From positions 1 to 64,000 of the forward strand of contig KZ538131.1 in NCBI GenBank assembly GCA_000934665.2: a stretch of 64,000 bases of DNA. The letters run 5' to 3'. The notes beneath the pieces were generated by a model. It was not told where the DNA came from. It did no database searches and saw only the letters and a list, made by a program, of their open reading frames with translations. Shown here piece after piece: positions 36,933 through 51,721 of this stretch. This DNA is from Catajapyx aquilonaris. Taxonomy: Eukaryota. Both the position numbers and the translations under genes were made by a program. The number at the start of each line of letters is the position of its first letter. Position 1 is the first letter of the stretch.

Positions 36933-39900
36933 ACACATTCAGTGAAGTTATGAATAGAGTAAGTCAAATTTATGATTCCCTAAAAGAGGTCACAAGTTAT
37001 GACGGGAAAGTCGACTTAAAAGCTGTTAACTTGTGTAATTGCGAGACCGATTTTCACAATGCTCAATTTAATTGCTTGTAAAAAAATGTCATGAAAATGT
37101 CACGTTATTGAAGGAGGAACAGAACTGGACCCTTACACAAATGCGACTTACAGGACATTCAATTATTGTAATATTGTCATATTCTTTTAAAAGAAAAAAG
37201 GTTTGAACAGTACCTAATTACTTTTTATTCGGTTCATATAGGCTCCTAGATGTCATTTTCCCATGCTAAAAAAGCGACAGAGGCTTGTAGAACAGTTGAC
37301 AAATCCGGTAATATAAATGTATACAAGATGATCAATTTTATTGTGGTGTAGCAGCCTGTACCAGACTATAATAAATAATCGAGTAGGCTTTTTTCAGCAG
37401 TGCTTATTTGTTACGGAGCAAATTGAGGAATATATATTCCAGCAATAGGAGGTTTATTTCCATGTCGTTTTTCGTGTCATTTACTGGAATGCGTGTTGCT
37501 TCGGAGCGAGTTGGAACGGAGCCTACAAGTACTTGTTTGTGCCATCTATCCAGTTAGCGAAATTAAGTCGGGGCTAGTTGGTGCCATTGAAGCGCCCAAG
37601 CATCTGACGGAGGCTGTTGCTGAACTTTACTCATCACATCGGGCTTTTCGACGTCTCGAGTATATTGAAGGCCACGACATCATCAAGTATAAACATGCGA
37701 CGGGATTAGTAGATCCATTAGATATATTTTTAGTTCTGCAAGAGTTCGAAGTTATTGGCGAAGCAATAAAAGTTGTGGGAACATCAAGTATAATGGAATT
37801 ACATTTGGATATAGGAATGAGCCCATCCACCTTCCATATTGAGATGAATGTGAGAGTGCCCTGTTACTGTTCCAAGAGTCCGATGACCCTCCCATGTCCA
37901 TCAACAACGTCAGGATTCTTCTGTAAGTTGGAACTAAAGTAAAGGATGTGCAGCCGCCATCCTTGGCATACCCGTGGTGAAGGGGGCGCTCGCTGTGCAC
38001 TGAACACAAGTTTGCGTTTGTTCAGGAACCTTGGGGGTAAAAGTAGGCCGGGATGAAATTTGCGGAACTAGCAATTATCGTTTAGTTTGGAAGCTGGTTC
38101 AGTCCCCCGTGTCTCCTCCGCCTTTATTCCTGTCCTGTCAACTCGGGCGCCTTCACTATCGTCTGTTTTCCTCCTCACACATTCCTCTGGAAGAGGGGAA
38201 AAGGGAGCAAGAAACCTTAGTTAGCATGTGGCTTGAGGGAAGAGAGCGGATGGAGAAGGAACTAGGTTTTTTTTTTTCGTTGACCATGGTACAAAAAAAG
38301 TTATTCGGACGGCAGAGAGAAGACAGATACGGACTGCTAAGGTTTGTGAAGTGTGTGACCGGAAAACCGAGAGAAAATGCACCATTATTTGCCGAAATGC
38401 TTGGGGAGAGAACGAGTGATCACATGCGGGTTTTGTAGGTCTGCAGTAAGTGTGCTGTGACGCGAAGTTGTTCTCAAACCGCAGCTGTAGGGGAAAATAA
38501 ATACGGGTGGAGCCCAACAGTTACAGGGCAAACTTTACCAATATTCTGGCTTTTGCCCGGCTTCCTATAGGTACGATATAGGGAATGAAGGAGAAGAAAA
38601 GGAGTCCTATGTCACTTGGCTGGCCAGGTCACGCCACGGTGGCAGCTACTGTAAAGTTATCGTATACTAGTTGACGAAGCCGAATTTATCAGAGTCGACG
38701 TTATTGCAGTAATCGCCGGTCGACACCTCATAAAGCCATATATTCTCAGATGTGTGCGCAACATGAAGCACGTCAAGATCGTAAGCATCAACATTTTTGT
38801 TCTAGAGGCTGAAGTCGAGGCACAATTTCTTACACGAGGTGGTCGGTCAAGTCATTGCGCGCTCGTTTGTGCACTCTACAGTATCTTTGGCGTACCGGTA
38901 TGTTATATCAGTAATTTAGCAACGCGTTTCCTGAATTCCGGCGTATGGACAGTAATTATCTGTTAAGATCTGAACCGACTTTTTTTATTTTTAAAAACAA
39001 AACAAAAGAACTTGGTGTGGAGACAATACAAGTGCAAGCAACACAGTAGTAATTCCTATTTATTTCGTTTAAAAAATGAGTTCTTTGGTTTTACTACAGG
39101 CCGACGCCTCGTAAGCTGTCACTTAAATGGGCTCTAAAGAAGATCCAAATTCAACATTCAGGTGCCCTATATACATTATATGCGTTATTTTTGTCTCGAC
39201 CTCGGTCGGTTTGAATGGGAGACTGGCCTTCATTAGCGTACTTTTTAGCCCAGGTACATGGACCACCAATACTAAGAAACACTTTTTAAACACCTTGACG
39301 AGGTTTATGTTTGGGTACTGGGTCGGTGACCTCCACGCACCTGCGAGTTTTATGGGGGCGAACCAATCGTTGTCTTAACGCTAGACGGACTACCTTCGTA
39401 CAGTACAGTACTACAGGTCGAATATTTTCCAACTGCGGTGTCGCAATCAGGCTTATTATGCTCTTTCAAATGAGCAAACGCCACGAAATGTTGACGACTC
39501 CCTGGTGGAATGGCTGCAGAAACCTTCCTATATACGGTCGAATGAGAGGTTGCTATTGCAACCAACGTGATGCCAAATCCTCTATTGATTCACAGATTAA
39601 ATATCTGCATGAGGTGCGGTGCCTTGCAACGGCTCTGTGACTCACCTTGTTCTTTATGTTTTGCACGTAGGCTATTGCTGCGCCCACGACATTAGCAATA
39701 TCCTTTGTGGTGGGGGAGAAAAAGCTGGGGTGTAGTAAATCATGAATGAGTCAGTGGATACGCTTTTGGCACATAAAATAACTGTAGTCTTCGAGAGAGA
39801 CTGAGAGAGGAAAAAATTGGAGCAGGGAGACCTTGTGTGTAGAAATCGGAAAGGGAGTTCCCTTCCTGGGCTTTTTTTAGAGCGTGGCCGACGCGTATTG

Positions 39901-42900
39901 TTTTGACGCAAGCCACGGTCGTCTGGGCCAAAATTGTCACCGCCTTGGCGGATGGTCTGATAGATGTACAGGGAAGGAAGAAATTAATTTCCACTCTGAT
40001 GGGATGTGACAAGTTGCATTACAGACGTAGCAATGTGGACAAGGAGGTTGGCTGTCTAATGACGTGTTGATTTTCTCTCGCGATAGAATCCACTTCATTT
40101 TGTTTGGCTAAATGTTCCTGACTGGAATGGTGTTTTGACAGCGATGTGAAATTGAACTGCGCAAAAATAACCCTTGGGAGGTGTCTCAGCTTCTCGTCAC
40201 CCGAGCAATCAAAATTATAATAATTATATAGGTGATGTCAGTCAGGATGCCTCAGCTACATATTGTATATTGTGTGAATCTCATGTTAATTTACTCTTAT
40301 GCGCAATGCCCTATGACCTATGTATTAGGGGACACCACAACAATTATTATAGAGGAATTACTCAGCATGGTTATTAAATGACTACTACACTGCCCTGTGT
40401 TTACAAGCATCTTGATAAATTAATATTTGTGCCTAGCAATATTCCGTGACCTTGTGTGTTTTTGTGTATTCAACTGTGCGTAATTTGATTACTGGTAATT
40501 GACTTGCACCTAAAATTTAAAGTAATTGAACAAGCACCATATAGTTGTTTAGATGGCAAAAGAGTAATACAATAATAATATTGTGTGAAGGCTTTTCCCG
40601 CCCTGACTCTTTGCATTCCAATAATTTATGAACGCGAGATATTGTAGAATTTTCTGAGACACATGATTTCCTGAAACTGTGTGTCTTGATTTTGTGTCTA
40701 GAACCCGTCGTTGAATATCGCAATTTTTATAGGTGGCCTATTTGGCACTTTTATCATGATTGGGGCCGTCTCAAAGGGCAGTGGGGGGGGGGGGGGGANG
40801 GGGGGGGACTTATATCCCCGAACGGTTGGCTTTATTTTAGGAAGGCGTTTCTTGCGACAGCAGAAATCAACTCCCGAGTCGAATTTCGACGGCTGTCCTT
40901 GACGACGTGAGTCTGGGAAAGGTTCACATGACTTGCAGATACAATGACGCTACTGTTTCATTTCCATTTTAGCAACAGCTTGTGTAATTATAGGAACCTT
41001 GATGAATTGATGAAGAACCTATTATATAAATATTATTCTTATGAACATGCTTGTGTAAGCAGAGAAGTAACTCGGTTAAGAGGTATGGTAACCACGTGAC
41101 GAAATCGATGTTTTGATAAGATTCACGCGTGAGAAACACGATGCAGTTTGGAGATTTCACAGTCGCAATGCCTTTCGTGCACCTATATGCAGTATTACGG
41201 ACACTCGATAACGAGTACGATAAACAGAAACACAACAAGTATTTCCCAATGTACAAAGGACAAGGATGTATCACTTCATTTTGAACCAAGGCCCTGTTCT
41301 GCAATTTGTAGCGATACACGGAATTCGTAAACAGTCTTTATGAAAGGTAGGCACCTGCGACAGGACATGCTCGAATGACCTGTTTACCGCATTGGGTAAC
41401 GACGGATTTTTCATACATGCAGGCGACACTGTCGCAGTTGAGAAATGACTTTTAGTCAGCATTTTATTTTTACTCTGCGTGTTATTGTTTAAGTTTACTG
41501 AACTGTGGCGTTGCGAATGATAGCGTTGCATATTTTCCGTCATCTGTGACGAGCATCATCATCGTAAGGGATGGTCCATGCATAAGAGGAGGTATATTAA
41601 TGACGCAGACTGTTTTTGGCCGGCACTGTATCATCTGAGCACCTGCTGGGTTGTTTATCTATCTGGTCATTGCGAACTCCATCTCGCGAAGGGCAAGGGA
41701 ACCTACTTTTTTAGTTGCCAAGTGTGTTAGACGTCACTTTTAGTCAAGGCAGCAACGAGGAGCTCTTTGATGAGACTGCGTACCCTGCACCTACTCTGCC
41801 ACTTTCCATATTAAGGTAGCTCGTCGGCCATTTACGTAATGGCGGCTGGTTGGGCTAGGCATTGTCCCCAGCAGGTTCATAGCAAGATGAAAGTAATTAG
41901 AAGATATTGTGTGTGTATTGGAAATTTGCAGATAATATTAGATATTCGAAGGAGGAAGAGGTAATAGTAGGAACAATAAACTGACCTGTGTCCCCCCCCC
42001 CCCCCCATCCCCCTACATCTTTTTCTCTTCTCTCTCNCCCCCCCCTTGTTTACGCCCTATACCATGAGGAGTGAACAGTGAACCCATCCCCAGTGAACAA
42101 AGCATTTTCTGCTATTGCATTTGACAGGATTAAGAGAATTCGTTATGGCGTGTGGTTGCACCAGGCTTAATCCGCACTCGTGGAGCTGGAGTGTGAAGCT
42201 TCTATAACAGACCGACCTATTGATCAGTATCGATGACTTGATTAATTGGCTTTAATGGGGTCTGGCAGCATGATGGAGCTGTGCCACTCTATGCTTTACT
42301 CCCTCGACTGATTCCCTGACAAGGAGCGTGCTGTTATCACTCTTGCCGAAACTTCATTATGCACCATTTTGAGTGTTATAGGCATTGGTCCCGGTTTTCG
42401 ATTTTACAGCAGTTAATATAGATCCGTGTTGATGTGCTTGGTGCGGGGGTTAAACTGTGGATGTGTAGCATAGGGTTCAATACTGATGAATTTGCAAAGA
42501 CAGATATATTTGGTGCCAACGAACTTTACATGTTTATGAGGGCAACTAACGTAAGCGGTTCGTGGCGATATGGTAGCCGATAGGAAAACAAGCTTATAAA
42601 GTTAGAAAAATGCGAATTCCTCAGTTTAGTAACCTTCCTTTCCATTGTCAGAAAATAAATGAATGATAATATTAGCCCTTACCGAGATTGTGGAATCACC
42701 CGAAGAAAATTCTCACTAAGCAGTGGAATTAAGATGATGCATATTGTCGCAGTATAATTAGTATTCTCTAGGGACAATATCATATCCAAGGGAAGTAGTA
42801 AAACACCTAGTTCCACTGATTTACTTTATCTCTGCTATAGAGGCTGAGTGAGCGAGTGGGCTGTTTACCTGCAGTGCCAGGAAAGAGTATTTACTGCGAT

Positions 42901-45900
42901 GCGAAGCTTCCGAAAGGGATGTTTCAGTAAGCCTCACTAATCCGAGTTGTACTGCAGTGAAACATCTATCTTTGGGATGTTTGGGCCTTTCAAATATCGG
43001 TGTAAGCGAACTTATTTGCTCCGGGAAATGGAGTAGCCCAGATGCCTGGGCTCGCTCGCATTGGGTTTGAGGACGGAAGGGCTGCCTTGTGATGGTGTCG
43101 CCTGCAGTGTGGATACTTAAGCACGTATTCCTAAATGGAGAAAAAGGAGGAGCGAAAAAAAGCAGGTTTAGGCGGAATTTCTTGAATGTTTGGTAAAGGT
43201 CAACTTCAACACGTGACGTTAAGTAATGATCATGGAGGATAGGAAATGAAGCCATAAAAAAATTAGTGCTTGTGCATAAAGTAGTGTACTATGTCTTGAG
43301 AATATGAAACTGGCCTTGGCGGGAAGGTTGCTAATAGTGCCGAAATTGAGATTTTCCTTGCTTCCTAGTTCCGTCATGTTACTGCAGGAGACTCACATTT
43401 CAGTACTATCGTCATCTGTGAAAATTGCACCCCGCGAGTATGAATCATCGCTCGGGCATCGATCGATGTGGCAGGGTCTTTTACTGGCAAGAGCAATTGT
43501 GAGAGATATGCTGGGATTTTTCACATGACCGAGCCGAAATATTTCAGCATTTGAGTCAGTGTGACAGTTATTTTTCTTTCGCTGCTTGATGTAATGTTCG
43601 TTCCGTCCACAAGCCAGAATTTCCGGAAGTTACTAACAAGCTGGTATCTTGACCCAAACTAGACAACGTTCGCGGAACGCCCACCTTGTTGCTCGGAGGT
43701 GAATGCTACACCCACGCGAAGATGGCCTTCCCAGAATAGTCCTTAAAGGTAGCGAATATTGTGGCGGGACCTTGATATCACTTGTGTACCTTGTCTGTTC
43801 TGTATTTCGAAGTAGGTGGCGTGAAAAGATCGGTGGATATAAAAAAAACTTGTCTTTGGAATATTGACTGCCTGCTTGATCGATTGCACCTGCCATGCGG
43901 TATGCGCGAAATATACGCCGACAATACAAGTGTGAAATTGATCAATCTGAATTGCAGGCACGTCTTTGTGCAGTGCTGGGCTGGGAGACTATCACGATAT
44001 GCACTCCCTCTGTTAGCAATGGCTTGGAGTTTGCCTGCACTACAATTAATGAATAATGCGAGTAATGTGAGAATTCCTGGTGAACAAAAGTGCAGAAGTA
44101 GTAGCGGGTATCCCGCAGTTTCTGATCGTATCGGCTGAAAAATTAGTCGGCGAGCCCGGTGACGGTTACTGCCTTTGGCGTAGTACAGCTTCGTGTGTAC
44201 GACTGCTGCACGAACTGCCTTGAATTGCGTCATTTAGTACGGTAAAAGAAGGCTCCCGAGTGTCGCTTGGCAAGGAGCAGGTTTAGTTGTTTTCTACCTC
44301 TGACATGTATGAAGCTTTTCTCCTATGCTCCTCCTCTTCATTTCACGTGATTCAACACCTGACGCGGTGTACAGCGTTCTGCATTTAGCGTATTTCCTCG
44401 TAAGTGCAGCAACGCCTGTCGTCTGGGGTGCACGTCTGCTCCGGAAAAGTTGGGCGGAAAATTCATGCTGACGTTGAGTTCCAAGCTTGATAAATATTGC
44501 ATCCTGCACGCGCATTTCATATATGTAATAAGCGGAAATGGAGTTTCGTATTTGCACTTTGTGCAGTGGCCATGCAAGTGGAATTGTGGTTCTTGGAGTA
44601 GGTTGGTAATTTTTAAAAAGTTGACAGGCAATTTCGCGAGCTCTGTGGGATGTGCATGGTATAAGACGGTCAAATTGGTTGCTATGAACTACAGTACATT
44701 TGTATCAGTACTGTACATCTTGTCGCAGCTGGAAACCTAGGGCTTAGAAGTTTTATACAGATATTTTTACCACACTTCCATACGCGGAAATATAGCGGAC
44801 AGGCGAGAAAGGATAACAAATCTGCAGCCTTTGATGGTATTGCGCAATTCACTGAACGGAACACCAGCAGTTGCATATATCCTTGTAGAGAAGATCAAAG
44901 TGCTAGTATTTCCTTTGCCGTTATGGTGCAGGCCGAATTGAAGTTTCGAATCCTCAGGTTCTCACAAAGTAGAATGTCTGATTGGGACTTGTACGGTACT
45001 TTTGCAATAGAGGAAAACCAACTCGAAAGAATTAAAGCCCCTGGAATAATTTCAAGACTGTGTCTTTTTGTGACTTGGCCAAATAGTTAAGTAGGTCTGC
45101 ATATAGGGTATAATTATAACGGAAGAACAAGAGTGCGAGTGTACTGTTTTCAAATATTTCATCTATTTGGCGTTGTGTATATAACTGCAAATAGAGGAGG
45201 GAGAATAGAAACTCGATGTTGCTGTTATATTTTGTAGCAAGTTTGGCTGTTGCCATCACTTAGGGGTGTTATATAATTAACTTTTGAAATAACGTTACCA
45301 ACGCAGCGGAGCAGTGATGAGAGAATTACTATTGACGTAATATTCGTTCAAGTGTAAATGCGATTAGTACCAGAAAATCATACTATGAATTACTGCCTTC
45401 ACTGACTGCTTGGAATCATTTCACCAGTCTGGATCGATATACGTACAGTACCCAATGAAAACGCCATCGACAAAATATTTTTTTTAACTCTTAAGAAGTG
45501 AATCCTGAGTGGAGTCTGCCGGATTTGAAAACCTCTCTATATACTGTTGTTGAGTGGCGCTTGCTTATCAGACAACTCGGCGAATGTCTCATTCGATCTC
45601 GATTGGTATATGCCTGTATATTTCAGGAACTCGTACAGTACAGTGCCTTTTAGAAATGCCTTGCTGGATCACCTTGTTTCTCATTGCATTTTTATGCCTC
45701 GGGTGAAGAAGTGCCTTTGCGCCCTTTTCACTTGTTTGTGGAACAGATGTTAAGGAATTAGTGCCCAGGATAAAATAATCAGGTTACGCAAACAGTGAAA
45801 CCTAAGCAAATGATTTATTTTGACACTGAAATAAGACGTCATTCCCGAGGGGCAAGTGAAATGGAGGGACCAAAATAAACCGCTTCATTCAGCAGAACCC

Positions 45901-48278
45901 ATTAGCCCAAAGAAAATGTTGGCTATTGGAGTATAGAGTGGCGTAATCTGGGGAGAAGTGTCGTAAGACGGGTAAACAAAGGGCTCCGGATTGTTTGACC
46001 GACTTGGATGTTGCTGCCAGGTTTTTACAAAAACAACTAAAAACAGCATAGTAGGACCTAGAGTAGCAACAACGTAAACAGTTCTCCCTGGCAGTCGAGA
46101 GATAGCTGCTTGGGCCATTGACATTCACATGCGCACATGCGTTGCACAGACTTGAGCATTTCTTGACTGTGCGTAATGGCAAAAATTGTGGATTCTTATC
46201 GAATTTTATGAGCTGAAATGATGGCACAGTGCATGTTTGCAACATGATCCAAATTCAGTCCCAATTACTGTAGCTATATGAATTCCTGCCTGACATGATC
46301 TATATGGGTAGGTTAGTTAATTGCTAACTAAGGATCTCCTATACGCATATAACAGGAGACTTTCCAGTTAATGTAATGTAACATACTCTTGTCACGTGGA
46401 CTACTGCGAATGCAATTACTGCAAATGCATCTGAGTAACGTTTTCTTTTTGTTTAATTCGTTGAAAAACAAAACAAAAATTTTAACGGTATTGGGGGACA
46501 ACAATAATATGATCTGATGAATGTTTTTCGTCAGCGTGACCTTATAGGGTTAAAGTAACATTACGACTTTTTGGATTTTTCTGATCGTGGCTCATATTGG
46601 CTAGGTGAGAAGTCTGAACGTCATGCACAATGCTTGCCTGGCATAGTGGAATTACTGTTTGTAGCGACGCACTCTCGAAGAGGTAAATCTAATGCGATCT
46701 GATGAAATAATATTGGCATTATTTTTATGAGTGCATATGATGATATTTTCAAATTATTCCCATTGCAAGCAGGTTAGTATTTTTGTAAGACCGTCAGAGC
46801 ATGTGTGGGCGTGAGCGTGTAGCGGTTTTATCCAGTTGCGCTTTTGTGAAAAGAGAGTCAACAAAGTATTAATAGCATTAATCTGCCATGGATAGCGCAT
46901 ATTATCGTAATGTTCATAATGGGTCATTATTTCACCGTGGAATGGGTGCATTAATGCGCCTTTGGACCACGAATATTATCGTGACCAATACATGTGAGCA
47001 GTATTTGCCTCTGGGTGTGGGATGAATGATGGGGAAAGGGTATCGCTCTTCATTATACAGGGTTGTGTAGAAGGTTTCGCACTTTCTCTGGGGTTAGGTC
47101 TCGTGAAATATTCCAAATCTGAATTACTATAGTTGATTTTGGCGATTTCTGCTTCACTACGCTTGCTAATTTTAGTTTCGTCATACATAATAAACATCCC
47201 GCAGGTCATGTGACTATTGTAGCACGGATGTTTGAGGGATGTAATAACCTGCCCGATGACCCCTATTATTATGAAGTGTATGACGAAACTAAGACACATC
47301 TGTTATTATTTATGTAGTGGGAGATGAAATGCCAATATCTATTAGACCGCGTGTTTGGTAATTTAATAAGGGTACCGGAATAATACCCCTAGATATGTGC
47401 CAATTTATTATTAATCAAGCACTCTTAATAACGCGGCGTGAGGGCTTAATGCTGATCATGTGCTAATACCTCGTAAATTGGAAATCGACAAAAGGGAATT
47501 TAAATTCATATTCTTATTTACGCCACAAGCGAAGTCCTTATTCCCCCGCATTGCCGTATGTATAACTTTACAATCCTGGTTAATATATGAGCAGTGCAAA
47601 TATTATTATTTCAATAATTGTATACTTGATGTCCGTCAATAGCGGCAATCTTAAGCATGGCTAAATGATGATGCCAGTTAAGGGTTAAAGGCAATTTTTT
47701 TTAAAAAATTACCCCGTCATATAGGGCTGAGCCCTTATAGGGGGGTGGCACACCACCATCAATTTTCGAGAGTGTGTTTTCATTCTCTGGTGCAAGGAAT
47801 CAATGACATAGGGTAAGGATATATGGATTCTTGGGGAGGGGACACGGGTGCAAGTGCGTTGTCTCAAATTGGGCCATGTGCTGTCCCCCAGGAGGTTACG
47901 TTGCCAGACACCTCCAAGGTGCGGGTCAGAGACGCAGGCGGATACATAAAGGCCATTTTAAATCTAAATTCCATTACATACCCGAATAATACCCCATTTT
48001 TAAATGGTCTGTACGAGATCACATATTTAGTTACCACCTTTGCTGGAAAGCCACAGTACCTCACTTCCACAACTTATTAATCACTAGAGATCGGATTTGT
48101 AAAGGTCCTAAAAATCTAGAAACAGGTCCCTAGAAGTCCAAAATGGGCTCTTAATATAGGCAATAAAACTATTTCACAACTTTTCTGTGCTAAACCCTTT
48201 TTAGATGGAGTTATAGAAAGTTAGTACATGTAGGCGAAGAGCAGTACTAGGAATAAGTAATATCTAGCAAAATGTTAA

Positions 48279-48616
48279 GGCCCGTATACATAATGACTTC
48301 TGCGCAAATCGCGGTGTTGAGTAACCCCGGATTGAGGGTGAGTCAGGGTTGAATCCAGAGTTGAGTTGGATCCGTATACTTAACGAAAAACAAACACGGA
48401 ATTACCCAACTCCAACTCCCTAACCGTACCTACACCTCCGTTGGGTGTTCCTGCACCTCAGACCCATCCCAACGAGGTTGTACCATGCCTTGTCACCCAC
48501 ACTCGGTCTCCTATATGGAAGCTCCAAAATACTTTTTTCCAGTCTCTTCTCGGCCCGCCATTTTCCAGCCAAAGAGTTACCCCTCGCTCAACCCCGAGTC
48601 AACCCTGACTCCGCCT
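48279..48616. mobile_element. Degenerate PIF/Harbinger-like inverted-repeat element
   Basis: Begins TAA-GGCCCGTATACATAA. The internal GAGTCAGGGTTGAATCCAGAGTTGAG (~48341) pairs with CTCAACCCCGAGTCAACCCTGACTC (~48587-48612). The right end is not clearly preserved. Confidence 0.5.
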
Positions 48617-49110
48617 GAATGCCTCTGGAAGACGTCGATGTTTTTTCATACCTGAAACCTGCAACATAATTATTTAAGACCGGCTTGATTAAAATTATGT
48701 GAAGCTGTACCCCAGATGACACTGTACTTTTTTTTAGGTTATCTTTTGCGGACCTGCCAGGGAAAGGTTCTTGTTCAGGAAAAAAGATCCGTTCGAAGCC
48801 AGCAGATCGTCGTGAAACATATTTGAAAGCGACGGGCTTTTCTGTGGCGTCATCGTCTGGTAGATTAGACATGGATTTCTCAAGAAAAAATGTTAGAAGT
48901 GGAAGCAGGTGTGTTAAATGCAGGATTATCTTTTTGAATTTAAATTTTTGGTTTAGGACTACTTTGCCGCTCATGATTATTTAGGACCTGGTTTTATATA
49001 ACGAATTTATACATTAATTTCAGTTTTGAATCCAGAAACTAAAAGGTGTTTGCTTAAAAACTCAATCTCTTAATTACTGCGGCTTCTAATAACTTCACTT
49101 GTGTTATATG

Positions 49111-49513
49111 CAGGGTGATCAAAAATACTCGTCTGATTGCTGTAGATATTTTATAGTAATAAGCTGCTTATTAGGCTGTTACTTTTGCACAGTTTTAGTG
49201 GTTATCAAAAGTATTAGCTGCCAGTACGGGGCCGAATTAATTCATATATCCTAGCTCTGAATCACGATGAACTTCCGAATGGGAGTGTCTCGTTGGCACT
49301 ATAAGCATCGAGCGTCATGATAGAACCAATTTTTGCAGGCCATAGTACTTTTGCAGGGTTTAAAAAGTATAGGTCCACACAACCTAACAGCAGCTGCTAA
49401 TACTTTTGACAACCACTAAAGGAAACCATGCAAAAATATATATTTAAAGTAGCGTAGTTAATTTTATTTTTTTTGCAACAGCAATCGCACTATAAGTGTT
49501 TTGTATCACCCTG
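49111..49513. mobile_element. Tc1/mariner-type MITE (CAGGGTG TIRs)
   Basis: CAGGGTGATCAAAAATACT...GATTGCTGT vs ACAGCAATC...GTGTTTTGTATCACCCTG, with inner arms TTTAGTGGTTATCAAAAGTATTAGC / GCTAATACTTTTGACAACCACTAAA. Confidence 0.75.
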
Positions 49514-51576
49514 AATAGGCCTACTATCGGCCAAATGTGATGTCTTGGTTTTGGTATATCCTGCAAGTGCTACTACCTCTGGCACGTGCCTCACTGCACT
49601 GCTCTCTACACTGGATTGTGCATATGCCACATTTTCCTGTGCCTTGGGCAGCCACCATGTTGGGCCCCATAATAGTTTAGATTGTGCACTCCTCTATTAT
49701 GTTGCGAGTGTATTTTTTACCCTCTAATTTTGTTATCGTTTATTTTGTGCATATAATGCCGTTGATAGTAGAAATGTGTACAAAATAACAATGTGATTAC
49801 AATTGGTACCAATTTACCCAGTAGTAAAAAGACGCAAGTCGCGCCGAATTTGAAAAAGAACATCTGTTGCCACAGGTAAAAAAAAAAAACCCTGGGTAAA
49901 ACTATCTTTGGTAAATAGCTATTTATGAGGAATGTGTTGTTCCAACATGGCGCTCGGAGGAAGCAAAAATTGTAGTATCAATCCACAATGGCGTGTTTAT
50001 ACAGTAATAGAGGCCTGCGTTCACTTGCTGCGTACTGTACATGAGACATGTTTCGTGGGTAGTGGCACTCGAAGGATATATCGAAACCAATACTGTGTAT
50101 ATCTCTTATTTTCCTGGTTGTCAAGTTTCTTGTGATACTTATGTTTCTCCTATTCCAGTCTGTGCCGTCCTATACCGTACTCNCCCCCCCCCCCCAACCT
50201 CGTCTCCAAAAGAAATTTTCTGCCTACGCTACTGATTGTACGCCTCTTCATCCCGTCCGACCTTGTGGATTGTTAAAAAGCTTAATCCCTGTCAATATGT
50301 TTATTTTAGACACCTGCTGTCATGTTAGGGTGTTATCATTGGCAACAAATTATTACTTTGGATTTTGCCTTATTAAGACGATGAAAAGCTACCGGAGTGC
50401 ATGTTTTCCTCCTCGAAAAGGCGAGGGTTGTTTGGCCCATCCCATCTGGGCCCTGAGGTCCTGAAGAAGAAAGGGGGGGGGNGGGGGGGAAACCTCATTA
50501 AATTAAAAGGGACGTAAAATGTCTCTGGAGTCCCCTACTATCCGCCCAACACGGATGTGGGTCAAGGTTGACCTCTATTTAAGAATGCGCACCGATAAGT
50601 TCAGGTGTGGATCTAATCAAGTGTATATAGGAGGGGGATGTTGGTGGCTTCTAGCGCGTAATATATGGAGGTCCTTGGTCAGGTAGTCCTCCCAACATTT
50701 TCGCAGCCAGGTGAGGTCCCAGTGGGGGTAGCCTCAAAAAGGAGTCTGTTGCACGCGGCTGGTTTGGATTTGCACTTTTGCCAGCTTGCCCATTGATTAG
50801 CTTGACTAGGGAATGATTCCAGCACCGCAGCTTTGCATACATACTAGACGGGATAAACAGGGGGAATATTTACCAGCCGTTTTGTTAGTTTGAAGGACTG
50901 GGTAATGAAGTGTATCATTTGTGAGTCGGATGGCCACCCGTGTCTGGCCTCCTGCCCTGGTTGCGTCCCAATGACCTGAGCCTGGTACATAAGCGATCAT
51001 TTTAAGTTGGCCTGCTGGGCTAGAGGATTAACTGAGGCATTAGCTTTTGCACGGATGGTATATATGAATGCGGTGGAGCTTACCGGGACGCAACACGTGT
51101 ATGTGGTTCGTGAATACTGTAGATAGTGTAGAACGTACAGTCTGAGTTCTGAGAGCATAGGGGACACGTTTCCAAGGGCATATTTGGTCGTGAACTAAAT
51201 CAGTGTCATAATTATTGTGTGGGCTAACTCCCAGCGAGCGCTTCCTTTTCTGTCTTCAAAGGACAGCCGCGCTGTCGAGGTAATAGGCGGGACATTGTTG
51301 GCACATTTTCGAGTGCTATAATAGCCTTGCGTAAGAGGATTTATGCTTAATATCCCAAGATTTAAAATAGGAAGCAAGCAAGGTGAATAGAGAGAAGTGT
51401 CAAGTGCACCCTCAGAATGCCTGGCCTGATGCCCCATTCCCATTAAGAGCTTACGTAAATGAAGTATTGAAGGTGATGCCTCAGAAATATTTCCATGGAT
51501 ATCGACTGTCGAGTGGTCATGTGTTATTTTAGAATTGCAGGAGCAGCAATTTATACTTATTACAAGTTCGAAATGC

Positions 51577-51721
51577 GTGACGCGCGGTGATGCACTGGTT
51601 TAGGCCGCAGTTTTCCACGTATGAGGTCGTGAGTTCGTCCTGCGGGTCGGGGTATGGGTTTTCTCATGTGAAAATAGCTTCGATGGGTTCTATCCGTGCT
51701 TTCGTGAATTTTCTCGGGGGA
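51577..51721 (+). mobile_element. Decayed, 3'-truncated copy of the V-domain SINE family
   Basis: Collinear similarity to the 28295 copy: CGGTGATGCACTGGTT..GCAG.TTCCAC..AGGTCG.GAGTTCG..., then GATGGGTTCTATCCGTG..TCGTGAATTTTCTCGGGG. Confidence 0.75.

Noticed and set aside
43778..44233. 151-aa minus ORF and overlapping 118-aa plus ORF
   Set aside because: No recognisable domain, random-like composition, and no supporting splice structure.
50603..50621. Partial resemblance to miR-279 on the minus strand (and a 12-nt match to miR-1000 at ~61107)
   Set aside because: Seed mismatch or short match only, with no convincing precursor hairpin.
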